From Clostridia bacterium (GTDB lineage: Bacteria; Bacillota; Clostridia; UBA1381): a DNA stretch of 27,612 nucleotides. The notes under the pieces were generated by a model. That model searched no databases and was not told the origin of the DNA. It saw only the letters and a program-made list of their open reading frames with translations. The position numbers and the translations under genes were made by a program. How positions within the stretch are numbered: the stretch's first letter is position 1; every line of letters begins with the position of its first letter. The stretch spans positions 1 to 27,612 of the forward strand of contig JAZNPJ010000001.1 of the NCBI GenBank assembly GCA_045589635.1. The letters are read 5' to 3'. Shown piece by piece: positions 14,789 through 24,699 of this stretch.

Positions 14789-17700
14789 ATGAAAAAACGT
14801 ATTTCGTTGGCGATTGCGGTTATTATGATTATGACTCATTTGCTTTCAATAGTTTCATTTGCTGATTTTAGCGACGTTACAGAAGATAATAATTACAGAC
14901 CAGCTATCATTACACTTACAAAGCTTGGTGTAATTAACGGATATGAAGAAAGTGATAAAACATTCACATTCAGACCTGAGGGTAAAATAACAAGAGCAGA
15001 ATTTACAAAAATGCTCGTTACTGCTCTTGGTCGCGGCAACCACACAACAGAGCCTACAGAGTTTAGCGATGTTGCGGGACACTGGGCAAGATTTAATATT
15101 AAAACTGCATATGATATGGGTATCATAAACGGTTTTGATGATGGTACATTCAGACCAGACGAACAGGTTACATACGAACAGGCACTAAAAATGATGGTTT
15201 GTACTTTGGGATACATCGACTTTGCAGAGGGCAAAGGCGGCTGGCCTACAGGTTATACTTCGCAAGCTAATGAATTAGGTCTTACAAAGGGTATAACAAA
15301 CCAAAAGAATTCTGAGCCTGCACTAAGACAAGTTATAGCTCAGGTTGTTTATAATGCTCTTGAAGTTCACAAAATGGAAAAGGGTGTAACAGGCGATTAT
15401 GAGCAAACAACCAAGACAATCCTTAATAACGACCTTAAGGTGTATAAATTGAAGGGTATATTGGTTGGTGTGGAAGACGTTCAGACAGATGAATGTAACT
15501 CATCATTGTTAGACTACCAGATGGCAGTTGAAGAAAATGGTACAGAGTACATTATTGATGTAAGAAACTATAAAGACCATTCAATAGTAGCACTTCAACA
15601 ATTTGTAGGTAAACAGGTTAACATATACTATTCACAGCCATCAAGCAGTGCAGACAAGTCGTTGGTAGTGTTTGACTCAGATTCAGTTAAAAATACAACA
15701 TACGAGATAAACTATGAGGATATTGTAAGCTATGATGGTTCAACATTAAAGTATTATCCCGAAAATGCAGTAAGAACATCAACAATCAATACATCTCTTG
15801 GCAATATGACAATCGTTTATAACGGTGAAACACTTGATGATTCTACAACATATACAGTAAAGGGAATAAATGCACCTTCATCTGCAAGCATAACAGGTAA
15901 GGTTGCAGTAGCAACAGAGATTCTTAATCCGTCAAGCCCGCACTTTATTTATGGTGATGTAACATTTACAGACAGCGGTTCTGACGGTTCAATAGATATG
16001 GCAACAATCAACGACTATCGCTGGATGGTTGCATATAAAACTGTAAACAGCACAGATTACAAGGTTCAGAACTCTTTGGTAACAACAGACTCACTTATTC
16101 TTGATCCCGATGGTATAAACCAAAAGGTTTATGTCGAAAAAAATGGTAAAGAGGTTCAACCGACAGCAATTTCATCAGGCGATATTTTAACATACACAAA
16201 GAGCTTTGACGGTACAATAAAGAGAGTATATGCTTCTAAGAAAACTGTTACAGGTGAAGTAAACTCACTAAGTGCTGATAAGATTACAATAGCAGGTACA
16301 GAGTATAATCTTGATAAAAACTGCGTTCAGTATATGAAGAACAAGGGAAACACTGTAAATATCGGCTCCAATGTAACAATGTATCTTGATAAAATAGGTA
16401 CGGTAGTTTACGGTACAGTTAAGCAGGACGAAAATATCCCTTACGGATACATTGCTGATGTAGTATATGACGGAGGCGAGGATAAAACATATGTAAAAGC
16501 ATTCTTGCCATCTCTTTCAGCAACAAAATTAAGCAATGTGCCACTTAGTGCAACTGCAAAAATTGACGGAAGAAAAATAAACAATGCAAGCGAGGCGCAA
16601 ACAATTCTTGGAGCGTCTGCACAAAATGGCGAAAACAACGGTGATGCAGAAGTGGGTACAGGCTATACAGGTACTGCACCAACAAATACAACATATTCAC
16701 AGGTTGCAAAAATCAAGTATGATAAATCCACAAAAGAAATCACAGAAATTATTACACTTACAAATCAGAATGTAGGTAATACAAACATAGACAAATCTGT
16801 AATTGTAAAATCAAGAGATTTTGCAAAGTATAACTATAATTCAACAACATTCAAGCCTGATGGCGGCGGTGCACAATTCAGTGTTAATTCATCAACTGTT
16901 ATTATAGATGTTCCTGCAGACAGACACAGTTCAGATTATATGAAGAAGACATACTCTAACTTCACCTCAAAAACAGGAAGCTGCTGGGCAGAAGCCTATG
17001 ACGTAAATGCGAGCAGAGTTGCAGGACTTGTTATAAGATATAACATTGGTACAGAAACAAGAATAACCAAAAAGACCAAAACTTCAGCACACAGTGTTGT
17101 AGCAGGTCCTATAGGTCAGAATGTTGACGATAACGAAACACTTGTATCAACAATTCCGCTATATTCTGCTTCTGAGAGCTCAAAGGACAGAATAATTGCA
17201 GATGGTGCTCCAAACCTTACAGCATTCCAGGGACTTGAGATTGGTGATGTAGTCCAATTTGATACTGACGAAGAAAGTAAGATTCAGGGATTAGAATATG
17301 TCTTTAAGTACAGTGATATCAAATCAATTTTAGACAGAGGCAGTGCCGTAATTAACGGAGAAACACCTGGCGCAGGCGAAACATTGTATGACTGGACAGG
17401 CACATTAACTCAGGATTCAACAAACAGATGGCAAAAGTATAAGTTCGACTTTAAGTTCCCAAGAGAAAGCGTTTCATCAGCTACAGAAAACTATTATGAT
17501 ACATATACATCAAACGGTGCAGACAATGCATATTCAAGAGCGGTAATGTACAACGTTGTTCGTATATTAGATGGCAACAAAGTTCAGGTAACTAAAGAGG
17601 GCTTTGATGAAAATATGACAATGGACATTGAGGCTGTTGACGTTGAAGAGATTAGCATATCAAGTTCTACAAACATGTTGAAGCTTGCTGCAAACGGCAG

Positions 17701-17839
17701 ATTTGTAACAGTTAATGACGAAGGTGGCGACCTTGACATTACAAGCTTAAAGGATGCAGAACACTATGGAATGAACTGTTCAAAGATTATGGTAAGTACA
17801 ATTACAGGTTCTGTTAAGTTAGTAGTAATTTATCAATAA
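14789..17839 (+). CDS. SLH-domain surface protein, probable S-layer protein (1016 aa)
   Basis: Sec signal peptide; three N-terminal SLH repeats ([19 protein letters not shown]; [25 protein letters not shown]; [24 protein letters not shown]); T/S/N/D-rich body; strongly biased codons (ACA, GGT, GCA) suggesting high expression; GGGAGG RBS. Confidence 0.85.
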   Translation: MKKRISLAIAVIMIMTHLLSIVSFADFSDVTEDNNYRPAIITLTKLGVINGYEESDKTFTFRPEGKITRAEFTKMLVTALGRGNHTTEPTEFSDVAGHWARFNIKTAYDMGIINGFDDGTFRPDEQVTYEQALKMMVCTLGYIDFAEGKGGWPTGYTSQANELGLTKGITNQKNSEPALRQVIAQVVYNALEVHKMEKGVTGDYEQTTKTILNNDLKVYKLKGILVGVEDVQTDECNSSLLDYQMAVEENGTEYIIDVRNYKDHSIVALQQFVGKQVNIYYSQPSSSADKSLVVFDSDSVKNTTYEINYEDIVSYDGSTLKYYPENAVRTSTINTSLGNMTIVYNGETLDDSTTYTVKGINAPSSASITGKVAVATEILNPSSPHFIYGDVTFTDSGSDGSIDMATINDYRWMVAYKTVNSTDYKVQNSLVTTDSLILDPDGINQKVYVEKNGKEVQPTAISSGDILTYTKSFDGTIKRVYASKKTVTGEVNSLSADKITIAGTEYNLDKNCVQYMKNKGNTVNIGSNVTMYLDKIGTVVYGTVKQDENIPYGYIADVVYDGGEDKTYVKAFLPSLSATKLSNVPLSATAKIDGRKINNASEAQTILGASAQNGENNGDAEVGTGYTGTAPTNTTYSQVAKIKYDKSTKEITEIITLTNQNVGNTNIDKSVIVKSRDFAKYNYNSTTFKPDGGGAQFSVNSSTVIIDVPADRHSSDYMKKTYSNFTSKTGSCWAEAYDVNASRVAGLVIRYNIGTETRITKKTKTSAHSVVAGPIGQNVDDNETLVSTIPLYSASESSKDRIIADGAPNLTAFQGLEIGDVVQFDTDEESKIQGLEYVFKYSDIKSILDRGSAVINGETPGAGETLYDWTGTLTQDSTNRWQKYKFDFKFPRESVSSATENYYDTYTSNGADNAYSRAVMYNVVRILDGNKVQVTKEGFDENMTMDIEAVDVEEISISSSTNMLKLAANGRFVTVNDEGGDLDITSLKDAEHYGMNCSKIMVSTITGSVKLVVIYQ

Positions 17840-17853
17840 TTCGGAGGTCTTAT

Positions 17854-18576
17854 ATGAGTATAAAATACAAGAGAGTGCTCCTTAAAGTAAGCGGTGAGGC
17901 GCTTGCGGGTGCAAACGGCTTTGGACTTGATGAAAAAACTCTTGAAGAGATAAGCAAAAACATCAAGGAAATTGTTGATTTGGGTGCACAGGTTTCAATC
18001 GTTGTAGGCGGCGGCAACATATGGCGTGGCAGAAGCGGTGTTAATATGAACCGTACAAGAGCTGACCATATGGGAATGCTTGCTACTGCTATAAATGCAC
18101 TTGCCCTTTGCAGTGCACTGGAAAATTGCGGTGTAGAAACAAGAGTTCAGACTGCTATTGATATGCACTCCGTTGCAGAGCCTTATATAAGAGGTAAGGC
18201 AGAAAGACACCTGCAAAAAGGCAGAGTAGTAATATTTGGTTGCGGAACGGGTAATCCGTTTATGTCAACCGATACTGCTGCAGCATTAAGAGCAGTAGAA
18301 ATGGAAGCTGATGTTATATTGCTTGCCAAAAAGGTTGATGCGGTATATGATAGCGACCCCAATCTTAATCCAAATGCCAAAAAGTATGATGTATTATCAT
18401 TTGATGAGGTTTTGGCAAAAAATCTTGGTGTTATGGACTCCACTGCAGCGTCAATGTGCAGAGATAACAATATGCCGATTCTTGTATTCGGACTTAACGA
18501 CCCACAAAATATAGTAAGAGCCATTAAGGGTGATACCATTGGTACTTTGGTCAACACAAGCGGCTCACTTAACTAA
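17854..18576 (+). CDS. pyrH: UMP kinase
   Basis: [47 protein letters not shown]. Confidence 0.98.
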   Translation: MSIKYKRVLLKVSGEALAGANGFGLDEKTLEEISKNIKEIVDLGAQVSIVVGGGNIWRGRSGVNMNRTRADHMGMLATAINALALCSALENCGVETRVQTAIDMHSVAEPYIRGKAERHLQKGRVVIFGCGTGNPFMSTDTAAALRAVEMEADVILLAKKVDAVYDSDPNLNPNAKKYDVLSFDEVLAKNLGVMDSTAASMCRDNNMPILVFGLNDPQNIVRAIKGDTIGTLVNTSGSLN

Positions 18577-18591
18577 GAAAGGAGAAGGAAA

Positions 18592-19143
18592 ATGGCAAAT
18601 TATCCAGAAATAGAAGCAAAAATGGAAAAGAGAGTAGATGGCTATAACGGTGAGTTAAAAACAATCCGTGCAGGACGTGCAAATGCATCAGTTCTTGATA
18701 AAATAGCTATCGACTATTATGGAACAATGACTCCTATTCAACAAATAGGTGCAATTTCATCACCCGACCCAAGACAGCTTTTAATTCAGCCTTGGGATGC
18801 AACAGCTCTTAAGGCTATTGAAAAAGCAATAAACGAATCTGAGCTTGGTATTACTCCTCAAAATGACGGAAAAGCAATAAGACTTAATTTCCCGCCTCTT
18901 ACAGAAGAGAGAAGAAAAGAGCTTGTTAAGCTTGTTAAAAAGTACACAGAGGAAGCAAAGGTTCAAATAAGAAACGTTCGTCGTGACGCTCTTGACGATT
19001 ATAAAAAGAAGAAAAAGGACGGAGAATTCACAGAGGACGATTTAAAGAATATCGAAAAGGATATTCAAAACCTTACTGACAAATATATAAAGGAAATCGA
19101 CAATATTTGTGCGGATAAGGAAAAGGAAATATTAGAGGTTTAA
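18592..19143 (+). CDS. frr: Ribosome recycling factor
   Basis: IRAGRANAS, IQPWD, PPLTEERRKEL, IRNVRRD. Confidence 0.98.
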   Translation: MANYPEIEAKMEKRVDGYNGELKTIRAGRANASVLDKIAIDYYGTMTPIQQIGAISSPDPRQLLIQPWDATALKAIEKAINESELGITPQNDGKAIRLNFPPLTEERRKELVKLVKKYTEEAKVQIRNVRRDALDDYKKKKKDGEFTEDDLKNIEKDIQNLTDKYIKEIDNICADKEKEILEV

Positions 19144-19156
19144 TTGATTTGTGTTG

Positions 19157-19205
19157 GCAATCCGCCGGTGCGTTCGGCGCACCGACGGATTGCTTTATAT
19201 TTTAT
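19157..19205 (+). terminator. GC-rich hairpin between frr and uppS (partial terminator or stabiliser)
   Basis: GCAATCCG-C-CGGTGCG / CGCACCG-A-CGGATTGC followed by TTTATATTTTT. Confidence 0.7.
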
Positions 19206-19220
19206 ATCAGGGATAGGATT

Positions 19221-19958
19221 ATGTTATTTAAAAGAAAACAAAAAATAGAAATAGACCCCAATAACTTACCCAATCACATAGGAATAATAATGGACGGTAA
19301 CGGAAGATGGGCAAAAAAGAGAGGACTTCCCCGAAGTGCGGGACACAGTGCGGGTGCTGAGTGCCTTAAAAAGATTGTAACAGAGGCAAACAAATTAGGT
19401 GTAAAATATGTTACTGTGTATGCCTTTTCGACCGAAAACTGGAAACGCCCAAAAGAAGAAGTCGACTATTTAATGAATTTACTTATGGACTATCTTATAA
19501 ACGCTGAAAAAACACTTGCGGGCGAAAATGTTGTTGTAAGAGCAATAGGCTCAAGAAAAGAGCTGTCCGAAGAAATGCGACAGCAAATTAAAAAAACAGA
19601 GGAGTTTACTAAAAATAATACGGGTGTTGTATTGAACATTGCCTTAAATTATGGCAGCAGAGACGAAATTTTAAATGCCATAAAGAACATATACTCCGAC
19701 ATAGAACAGGGAAAAGTAGAAATTGGTAATTTGAATGAAGAATTATTTGCCGATTATTTATATACAGCAGGGCAGGATGAGGTAGACTTACTTATAAGAA
19801 CAAGCGGCGAAAAGAGACTTTCAAACTTTATGCTCTGGCAGGTAAGCTATGCAGAAATGTGGTTTACCCATAAGCTTTGGCCTGACTTTAAGCCTAAGGA
19901 TTTAAGACAGGCAATATATGACTACCAAAACAGAGGAAGAAGATTCGGAGGAATATAA
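19221..19958 (+). CDS. uppS: Undecaprenyl diphosphate synthase (cis-prenyltransferase)
   Basis: PNHIGIIMDGNGRWA, YAFSTENWKRP, ALNYGSR, LLIRTSGEKRLSNF. Start placed at ATG 19221, downstream of the hairpin. Confidence 0.97.
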   Translation: MLFKRKQKIEIDPNNLPNHIGIIMDGNGRWAKKRGLPRSAGHSAGAECLKKIVTEANKLGVKYVTVYAFSTENWKRPKEEVDYLMNLLMDYLINAEKTLAGENVVVRAIGSRKELSEEMRQQIKKTEEFTKNNTGVVLNIALNYGSRDEILNAIKNIYSDIEQGKVEIGNLNEELFADYLYTAGQDEVDLLIRTSGEKRLSNFMLWQVSYAEMWFTHKLWPDFKPKDLRQAIYDYQNRGRRFGGI

Positions 19959-19959
19959 A

Positions 19960-20775
19960 ATGAAAGTAAGAATATTAACAGGTGTAATATCTGCAATAGT
20001 TTTTATTGGTATTTTATTGTTGCCACCCGTTGTATTTACGGTTGCACTCGGTATAGTGGGACTTATAATGCTCAATGAGTGCTACTTGGTTTCTAAAATA
20101 TCAAAAAAAGTTAAATATGTAGGATATTTGTGTGCAATAATGTTTATGATAACTGCATATGGTTGTATAAATATGCCGCAATTCCTAAACTGGAGCAGCA
20201 TAATGGCAATGGTAACTGTTTTTACCATTCTTATACATATGATACTTGTTGTTAAGGAACATTCCAAAATCAGGTACAGCGAAGTTTTATCGAATGGTTT
20301 TTTAACAATGTATATTGTAATTTCTGTTATTTGTATATTCTTTATTAAAGAAAAATTTGGCATGGTAGATATGCTTTTACTTTTTATATGTGCATGGGGC
20401 ACAGATTCATTTGCATATTTTGGCGGCAGATTCTTCGGAAAGCATAAGCTCATAGAGCATGTAAGCCCCAATAAGACTGTTGAGGGCGCAATAAGCGGTG
20501 TTATCGGCACTACAATTTTGTGTGCATTATACTTGTATTTTATTTATGATATGCAAATACTTTGCCTTGTAAATGGTGCAATAATAGGAATTTTGGGCAG
20601 TATATTCTCACAAATAGGAGATTTATGTGCTTCTGCAATAAAGCGTGATACACAAATAAAGGATTTTGGAACAATCTTCCCAGGTCATGGCGGATTTTTA
20701 GACAGATTTGACAGTGTAATATTTATAGCACCAATCATATATGTATTGCTTAGTGCACTACACAATAATCTTTAA
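19960..20775 (+). CDS. cdsA: Phosphatidate cytidylyltransferase
   Basis: DSFAYFGG, SPNKTVEG, SAIKR..IKDFG..FPGHGGFLDRFDS; GGAGG RBS at the end of uppS. Confidence 0.96.
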   Translation: MKVRILTGVISAIVFIGILLLPPVVFTVALGIVGLIMLNECYLVSKISKKVKYVGYLCAIMFMITAYGCINMPQFLNWSSIMAMVTVFTILIHMILVVKEHSKIRYSEVLSNGFLTMYIVISVICIFFIKEKFGMVDMLLLFICAWGTDSFAYFGGRFFGKHKLIEHVSPNKTVEGAISGVIGTTILCALYLYFIYDMQILCLVNGAIIGILGSIFSQIGDLCASAIKRDTQIKDFGTIFPGHGGFLDRFDSVIFIAPIIYVLLSALHNNL

Positions 20776-20788
20776 AGGACGAATATAG

Positions 20789-21955
20789 ATGAAAAAAAAC
20801 ATTTCGATATTAGGCTCAACGGGCTCAATCGGCACACAGACTCTGCAAATTGCAAGAGATTACAATATAAACGTTGTAGCAATGTCTGCACATTCAAATA
20901 TTAAATTACTTGAGGAGCAAGCACGCGAGTTTAAACCCCAAATAGTTTGCGTTACAGACGAGAACAAAGCATGCGAGCTAAAAACAAAATTAGCCGATAC
21001 CGACATAAAGGTCGTGGGCGGTAAAGAGGGTCTTGTTGAGGTTGCAACTGCAAAAAAAGCCGAAATAGTTGTAACTGCAGTTGTGGGAATAAGCGGTCTT
21101 ATACCCACAATAGAGGCAATAAAAGCAAGAAAAGATATAGCACTTGCAAATAAGGAAACTCTTGTTACGGGCGGACATATAGTAACAAAGCTTGCAAAAG
21201 AATACAACGTCAAATTACTTCCAGTTGACAGTGAGCACAGTGCGATTTTCCAATCACTTATGGGAAATCCCAAAAGTGCACTAAAAAAGATAATACTTAC
21301 TGCCTCGGGCGGTCCGTTCGTGGGCAAAAAAAGAAGTGAACTCGAAAATATAAAGCCTCAGGACGCACTAAAGCATCCTAATTGGAATATGGGTGCAAAG
21401 GTTACTATAGACTCATCAACTCTTGTAAACAAGGGTCTTGAGGTTATAGAGGCAAAGTGGCTTTTTGATGTTGATATAGATAATATAGAGGTTTTAATAC
21501 ACCGTCAAAGCATAGTTCACTCAATGGTTGAATATGTTGATAACGGAGTTATTGCACAGCTTGGTGCACCCGATATGCGTCTTCCTATTCAATTTGCGCT
21601 CACATACCCCGACAGATTGCCAATGACAAAAAACGAAACTGACTTTGCAAAAATATTTAATCTTACATTCGAAAAACCCGATACAGACACCTTTTTTGCT
21701 CTCGAGACAGCAAAAAAAGCAGGTCGTGAGGGTGGAATTTTACCAACAATTTTTAACAGTGCCGACGAGGTTGCTGTAGAAATGTTTTTAAATGGCAAAA
21801 TGAGCTACACGCAAATATCCGACTCAATCGCATATGCGGTTGACTCAGTAAAAAACATTAAGGACCCAAATTTAGCAGAGATATTTGAGGCAGATAAAAA
21901 AGCACGTGAATTGGTTTTGCAGTTTTTGGCAAAGGAAGGAATGTTTATTAAATGA
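20789..21955 (+). CDS. dxr: 1-deoxy-D-xylulose-5-phosphate reductoisomerase
   Basis: LGSTGSIG, LANKETLV, PVDSEHSAIFQ, HPNWNMGAKVTIDS, NKGLEVIEA. Confidence 0.98.
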   Translation: MKKNISILGSTGSIGTQTLQIARDYNINVVAMSAHSNIKLLEEQAREFKPQIVCVTDENKACELKTKLADTDIKVVGGKEGLVEVATAKKAEIVVTAVVGISGLIPTIEAIKARKDIALANKETLVTGGHIVTKLAKEYNVKLLPVDSEHSAIFQSLMGNPKSALKKIILTASGGPFVGKKRSELENIKPQDALKHPNWNMGAKVTIDSSTLVNKGLEVIEAKWLFDVDIDNIEVLIHRQSIVHSMVEYVDNGVIAQLGAPDMRLPIQFALTYPDRLPMTKNETDFAKIFNLTFEKPDTDTFFALETAKKAGREGGILPTIFNSADEVAVEMFLNGKMSYTQISDSIAYAVDSVKNIKDPNLAEIFEADKKARELVLQFLAKEGMFIK

Positions 21956-23106
21956 TAACAGCTATTGTAACTATTTTGCTTTTTCTTTTGATGGTATCAT
22001 TGCATGAATTCGGCCACTATATAGTGGCACGTATTTTTAAATTCAGAATTTTAGAATATGCAATAGGCTTTGGTCCTAAGATATTTAAAAAAGAAAAAAA
22101 CTCAATATTGTATACAATAAGAGCAATTCCGCTGGGCGGATTTTGTCAGTTTGAGGGCGAGGATAAAAAATCAGACGACCCGCAGGCATTCTCAAACCGA
22201 CCCGTATGGCAGAGAATACTTGTCGTTGCTGCCGGTGGAATATTTAACATAATACTTGGCTTTATAGTTTTTATTGTAATGCTGCCATCACTCTCGCCCG
22301 TTGCGACAAATGTGGTGGAAAGCACAATAGAGCATAGCTATCTGAGTCAGGCAGGTGTACAAAAAGGTGATGAAATCATCAAAATAAATGGCAAAAAAAT
22401 CAGCTTTTACAATGACATTTCCCTATATACACAAAGTCTAAAAAAAGACGATGAGCTTAATATAACAATAAAGCGAGATGGTGAAAAAAAGACAGTTAAT
22501 GTACCTGCAACCGAGCAGATTGTAATATATAACTACCTTGATGACGGTGTAGAGTGCAAAGTTTTAGTAAACGGAAACGAAACGACAACCACTGTCCCCT
22601 ATGGTGAAAATTTAAAAAAACAAGACAACCTTGTGGGAAAATCACAGACACAAACACGCTATCTTTTGGGAATAACTGTACAAAATGAGGATATAACATT
22701 TAAAAACGTATGGGAATATGCGTTTGATAACACAAAGTTTGTTGTAAAGCTTGTATATAATTCCTTGTGGGATATGATAAGGGGCAAAGCAGATGTATCG
22801 CAGATGTCAGGTCCTGTCGGAATAGTAAAGGAAGTTAATACTGCGGTAAACCAGGGAAGCTACAGCTTAATTTATATTTTGAATTTACTTGCACTTCTTA
22901 CAATAAATCTTGGTGTATTTAATCTGTTACCTTTACCTGCATTAGATGGCGGCAGAATGTTCTTTATGCTTGTAGAGCTTGTAAGGGGAAAACCAATCCC
23001 GCCCGAAAAAGAGGGTGTTGTTCACGCAATAGGAATGTTATTGTTATTGGGGTTGGTTGTATTTATATCGTTTAACGATATAGCCAAGCTTATAGGGGGA
23101 GTATGA
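21952..23106 (+). CDS. rseP: RseP/RasP site-2 intramembrane zinc metalloprotease (M50) with PDZ domain
   Basis: HEFGH zinc motif, IPLGG, PDZ segment AGVQKGDEIIKING, NLLPLPALDGG. Confidence 0.95.
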   Translation: MITAIVTILLFLLMVSLHEFGHYIVARIFKFRILEYAIGFGPKIFKKEKNSILYTIRAIPLGGFCQFEGEDKKSDDPQAFSNRPVWQRILVVAAGGIFNIILGFIVFIVMLPSLSPVATNVVESTIEHSYLSQAGVQKGDEIIKINGKKISFYNDISLYTQSLKKDDELNITIKRDGEKKTVNVPATEQIVIYNYLDDGVECKVLVNGNETTTTVPYGENLKKQDNLVGKSQTQTRYLLGITVQNEDITFKNVWEYAFDNTKFVVKLVYNSLWDMIRGKADVSQMSGPVGIVKEVNTAVNQGSYSLIYILNLLALLTINLGVFNLLPLPALDGGRMFFMLVELVRGKPIPPEKEGVVHAIGMLLLLGLVVFISFNDIAKLIGGV

Positions 23107-24149
23107 TGAAAAGAATTGTAAACATAGGCGGTGTAAAAATAGGCGCTGGTGAGCGTGTTGCCATACAATCTATGTGCAATACCGATACACGTGATGTACA
23201 AAGAACAGTATCACAAATCTTAGCCTTAGAGCAGGCGGGTTGTGAAATAATACGTGTGGCAGTGCCCGATATGGCGGCAGCCGAGGCAATAGCAGAAATA
23301 AAAAGAAAAATACACATTCCGCTTGTTGCAGACATTCATTTTGATTACAGACTTGCTTTAGAGAGTATGAAAAACGGTGTTGATAAGGTGCGTATAAACC
23401 CAGGTAATATCGGCGACAAATCGCGCGTAAAGCAAGTTGTGGATATGGCAAAGGAGCGCGGAGTGCCTATACGAATAGGTGTAAATGGCGGCTCATTGGA
23501 TAAAACACTTTTGCAAAAATACGGCGGTGTAAGTGCAGAGGCACTTGTTGAGAGCGCCTTCTCTCACGTAGAGATACTTGATGATTTGAATTTTAGAGAC
23601 ATAGTGGTATCAATAAAGGTTTCTGATGTGCCTACAATGATACAGGCTTACAGAATATTTAACGAAAAGTGCGATATCCCATTACATATTGGTGTAACAG
23701 AGGCAGGAACGTTAAGAGGCGGAACAATAAAATCTGCAGTGGGAATAGGTGCGCTTCTCTCACAGGGCATAGGCAATACAATGCGTGTTTCGCTTACTGC
23801 AGACCCCATTGAGGAGATATATGCCGCATATGACATATTAAAGGTTCTTGGTTTAAGAGAGGCGGGTGCAACTCTTGTATCGTGTCCTATGTGCGGAAGA
23901 ACACAAATAGATTTAATATCACTTGCCACAGAGGTAGAAAAAAGAATTGCACACATACAAAAGCCAATAAAAGTGGCGGTTATGGGTTGCGCGGTAAACG
24001 GACCCGGCGAGGCGCGCGAGGCAGATATAGGAATTGCAGGCGGAAAAGGTGAAGGTCTTATATTTAAAAAAGGCGAGATAATTAAAAAAGTAAAAGAGGA
24101 AGTTTTGTTACAGGAATTTATAAAGGAGTTGGAGAAAATTTCCGAGTAA
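23103..24149 (+). CDS. ispG: (E)-4-hydroxy-3-methylbut-2-enyl-diphosphate synthase
   Basis: IQSMCNT, PLVADIHF, RINPGNIG, RIGVNGGSL, [4Fe-4S] ligands CPMCGR and MGCAVNGPGE. Confidence 0.98.
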   Translation: MMKRIVNIGGVKIGAGERVAIQSMCNTDTRDVQRTVSQILALEQAGCEIIRVAVPDMAAAEAIAEIKRKIHIPLVADIHFDYRLALESMKNGVDKVRINPGNIGDKSRVKQVVDMAKERGVPIRIGVNGGSLDKTLLQKYGGVSAEALVESAFSHVEILDDLNFRDIVVSIKVSDVPTMIQAYRIFNEKCDIPLHIGVTEAGTLRGGTIKSAVGIGALLSQGIGNTMRVSLTADPIEEIYAAYDILKVLGLREAGATLVSCPMCGRTQIDLISLATEVEKRIAHIQKPIKVAVMGCAVNGPGEAREADIGIAGGKGEGLIFKKGEIIKKVKEEVLLQEFIKELEKISE

Positions 24150-24189
24150 AATTGCCTTAAATATAGAAGTATGTAGCAGATTAAACATT

Positions 24190-24216
24190 GTAGAGGACGG
24201 CCTCCCGGACGTCCCG
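24190..24216 (+). repeat. Solitary GTAG-family REP-like element
   Basis: GTAG tetranucleotide directly followed by the imperfect hairpin GGACG-GCCTCCCGGA-CGTCC, a GC-rich island in an AT-rich spacer. Confidence 0.5.
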
Positions 24217-24263
24217 ATTTAATCATTTGATACCAAAATCAAAACCGGAAAGGAACGAAAAAA

Positions 24264-24695
24264 ATGAAAAAGTTTTTAGTAATAAACGGTGTAAATATGA
24301 ATATGTTAGGTGTTCGTGAGCCTGACATATACGGAAGTAACACATTAGCAGACTTAGAAGCAATGATAACAAAAAAAGCACAGGAATTAGGCGTGGGTGT
24401 TGACTTTTATCAAAGCAATATTGAGGGCGAAATATGCACACAAATTCAAAAGGCATACGGAGTATATGACGGTATTATAATAAACCCTGCCGCATTTACA
24501 CACTATTCATATGCAATTCGTGATGCAATCGGCTCTGTTAAAATAGATACAATAGAGGTACATATCTCAAATGTACATAAACGTGAGCCCTTCAGGGATA
24601 ATTCCGTAATTGTCCCTGAATGTATAGGACAAATATGCGGTCTTGGCTTTGATGGCTATAATTATGCTTTGGAGTATTTAGCAAAAAAGGATTGA
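24264..24695 (+). CDS. aroQ: Type II 3-dehydroquinate dehydratase
   Basis: NGVNMNMLGVREP.IYG, QSNIEG, INPAAFTHYS, EVHISNVHKRE.FR. Confidence 0.96.
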   Translation: MKKFLVINGVNMNMLGVREPDIYGSNTLADLEAMITKKAQELGVGVDFYQSNIEGEICTQIQKAYGVYDGIIINPAAFTHYSYAIRDAIGSVKIDTIEVHISNVHKREPFRDNSVIVPECIGQICGLGFDGYNYALEYLAKKD

Positions 24696-24699
24696 GTTA

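Noticed and set aside
1144-24226. Many 60-190 aa ORFs in the track antisense to or nested within real genes (e.g. 1144-1569, 12762-13166, 13794-14285, 20860-21327, 23648-24226, 8619-8930, 11010-11249)
   Set aside because: They shadow well-supported genes on the opposite strand or frame, or span promoter DNA. They lack RBSs and recognisable motifs.
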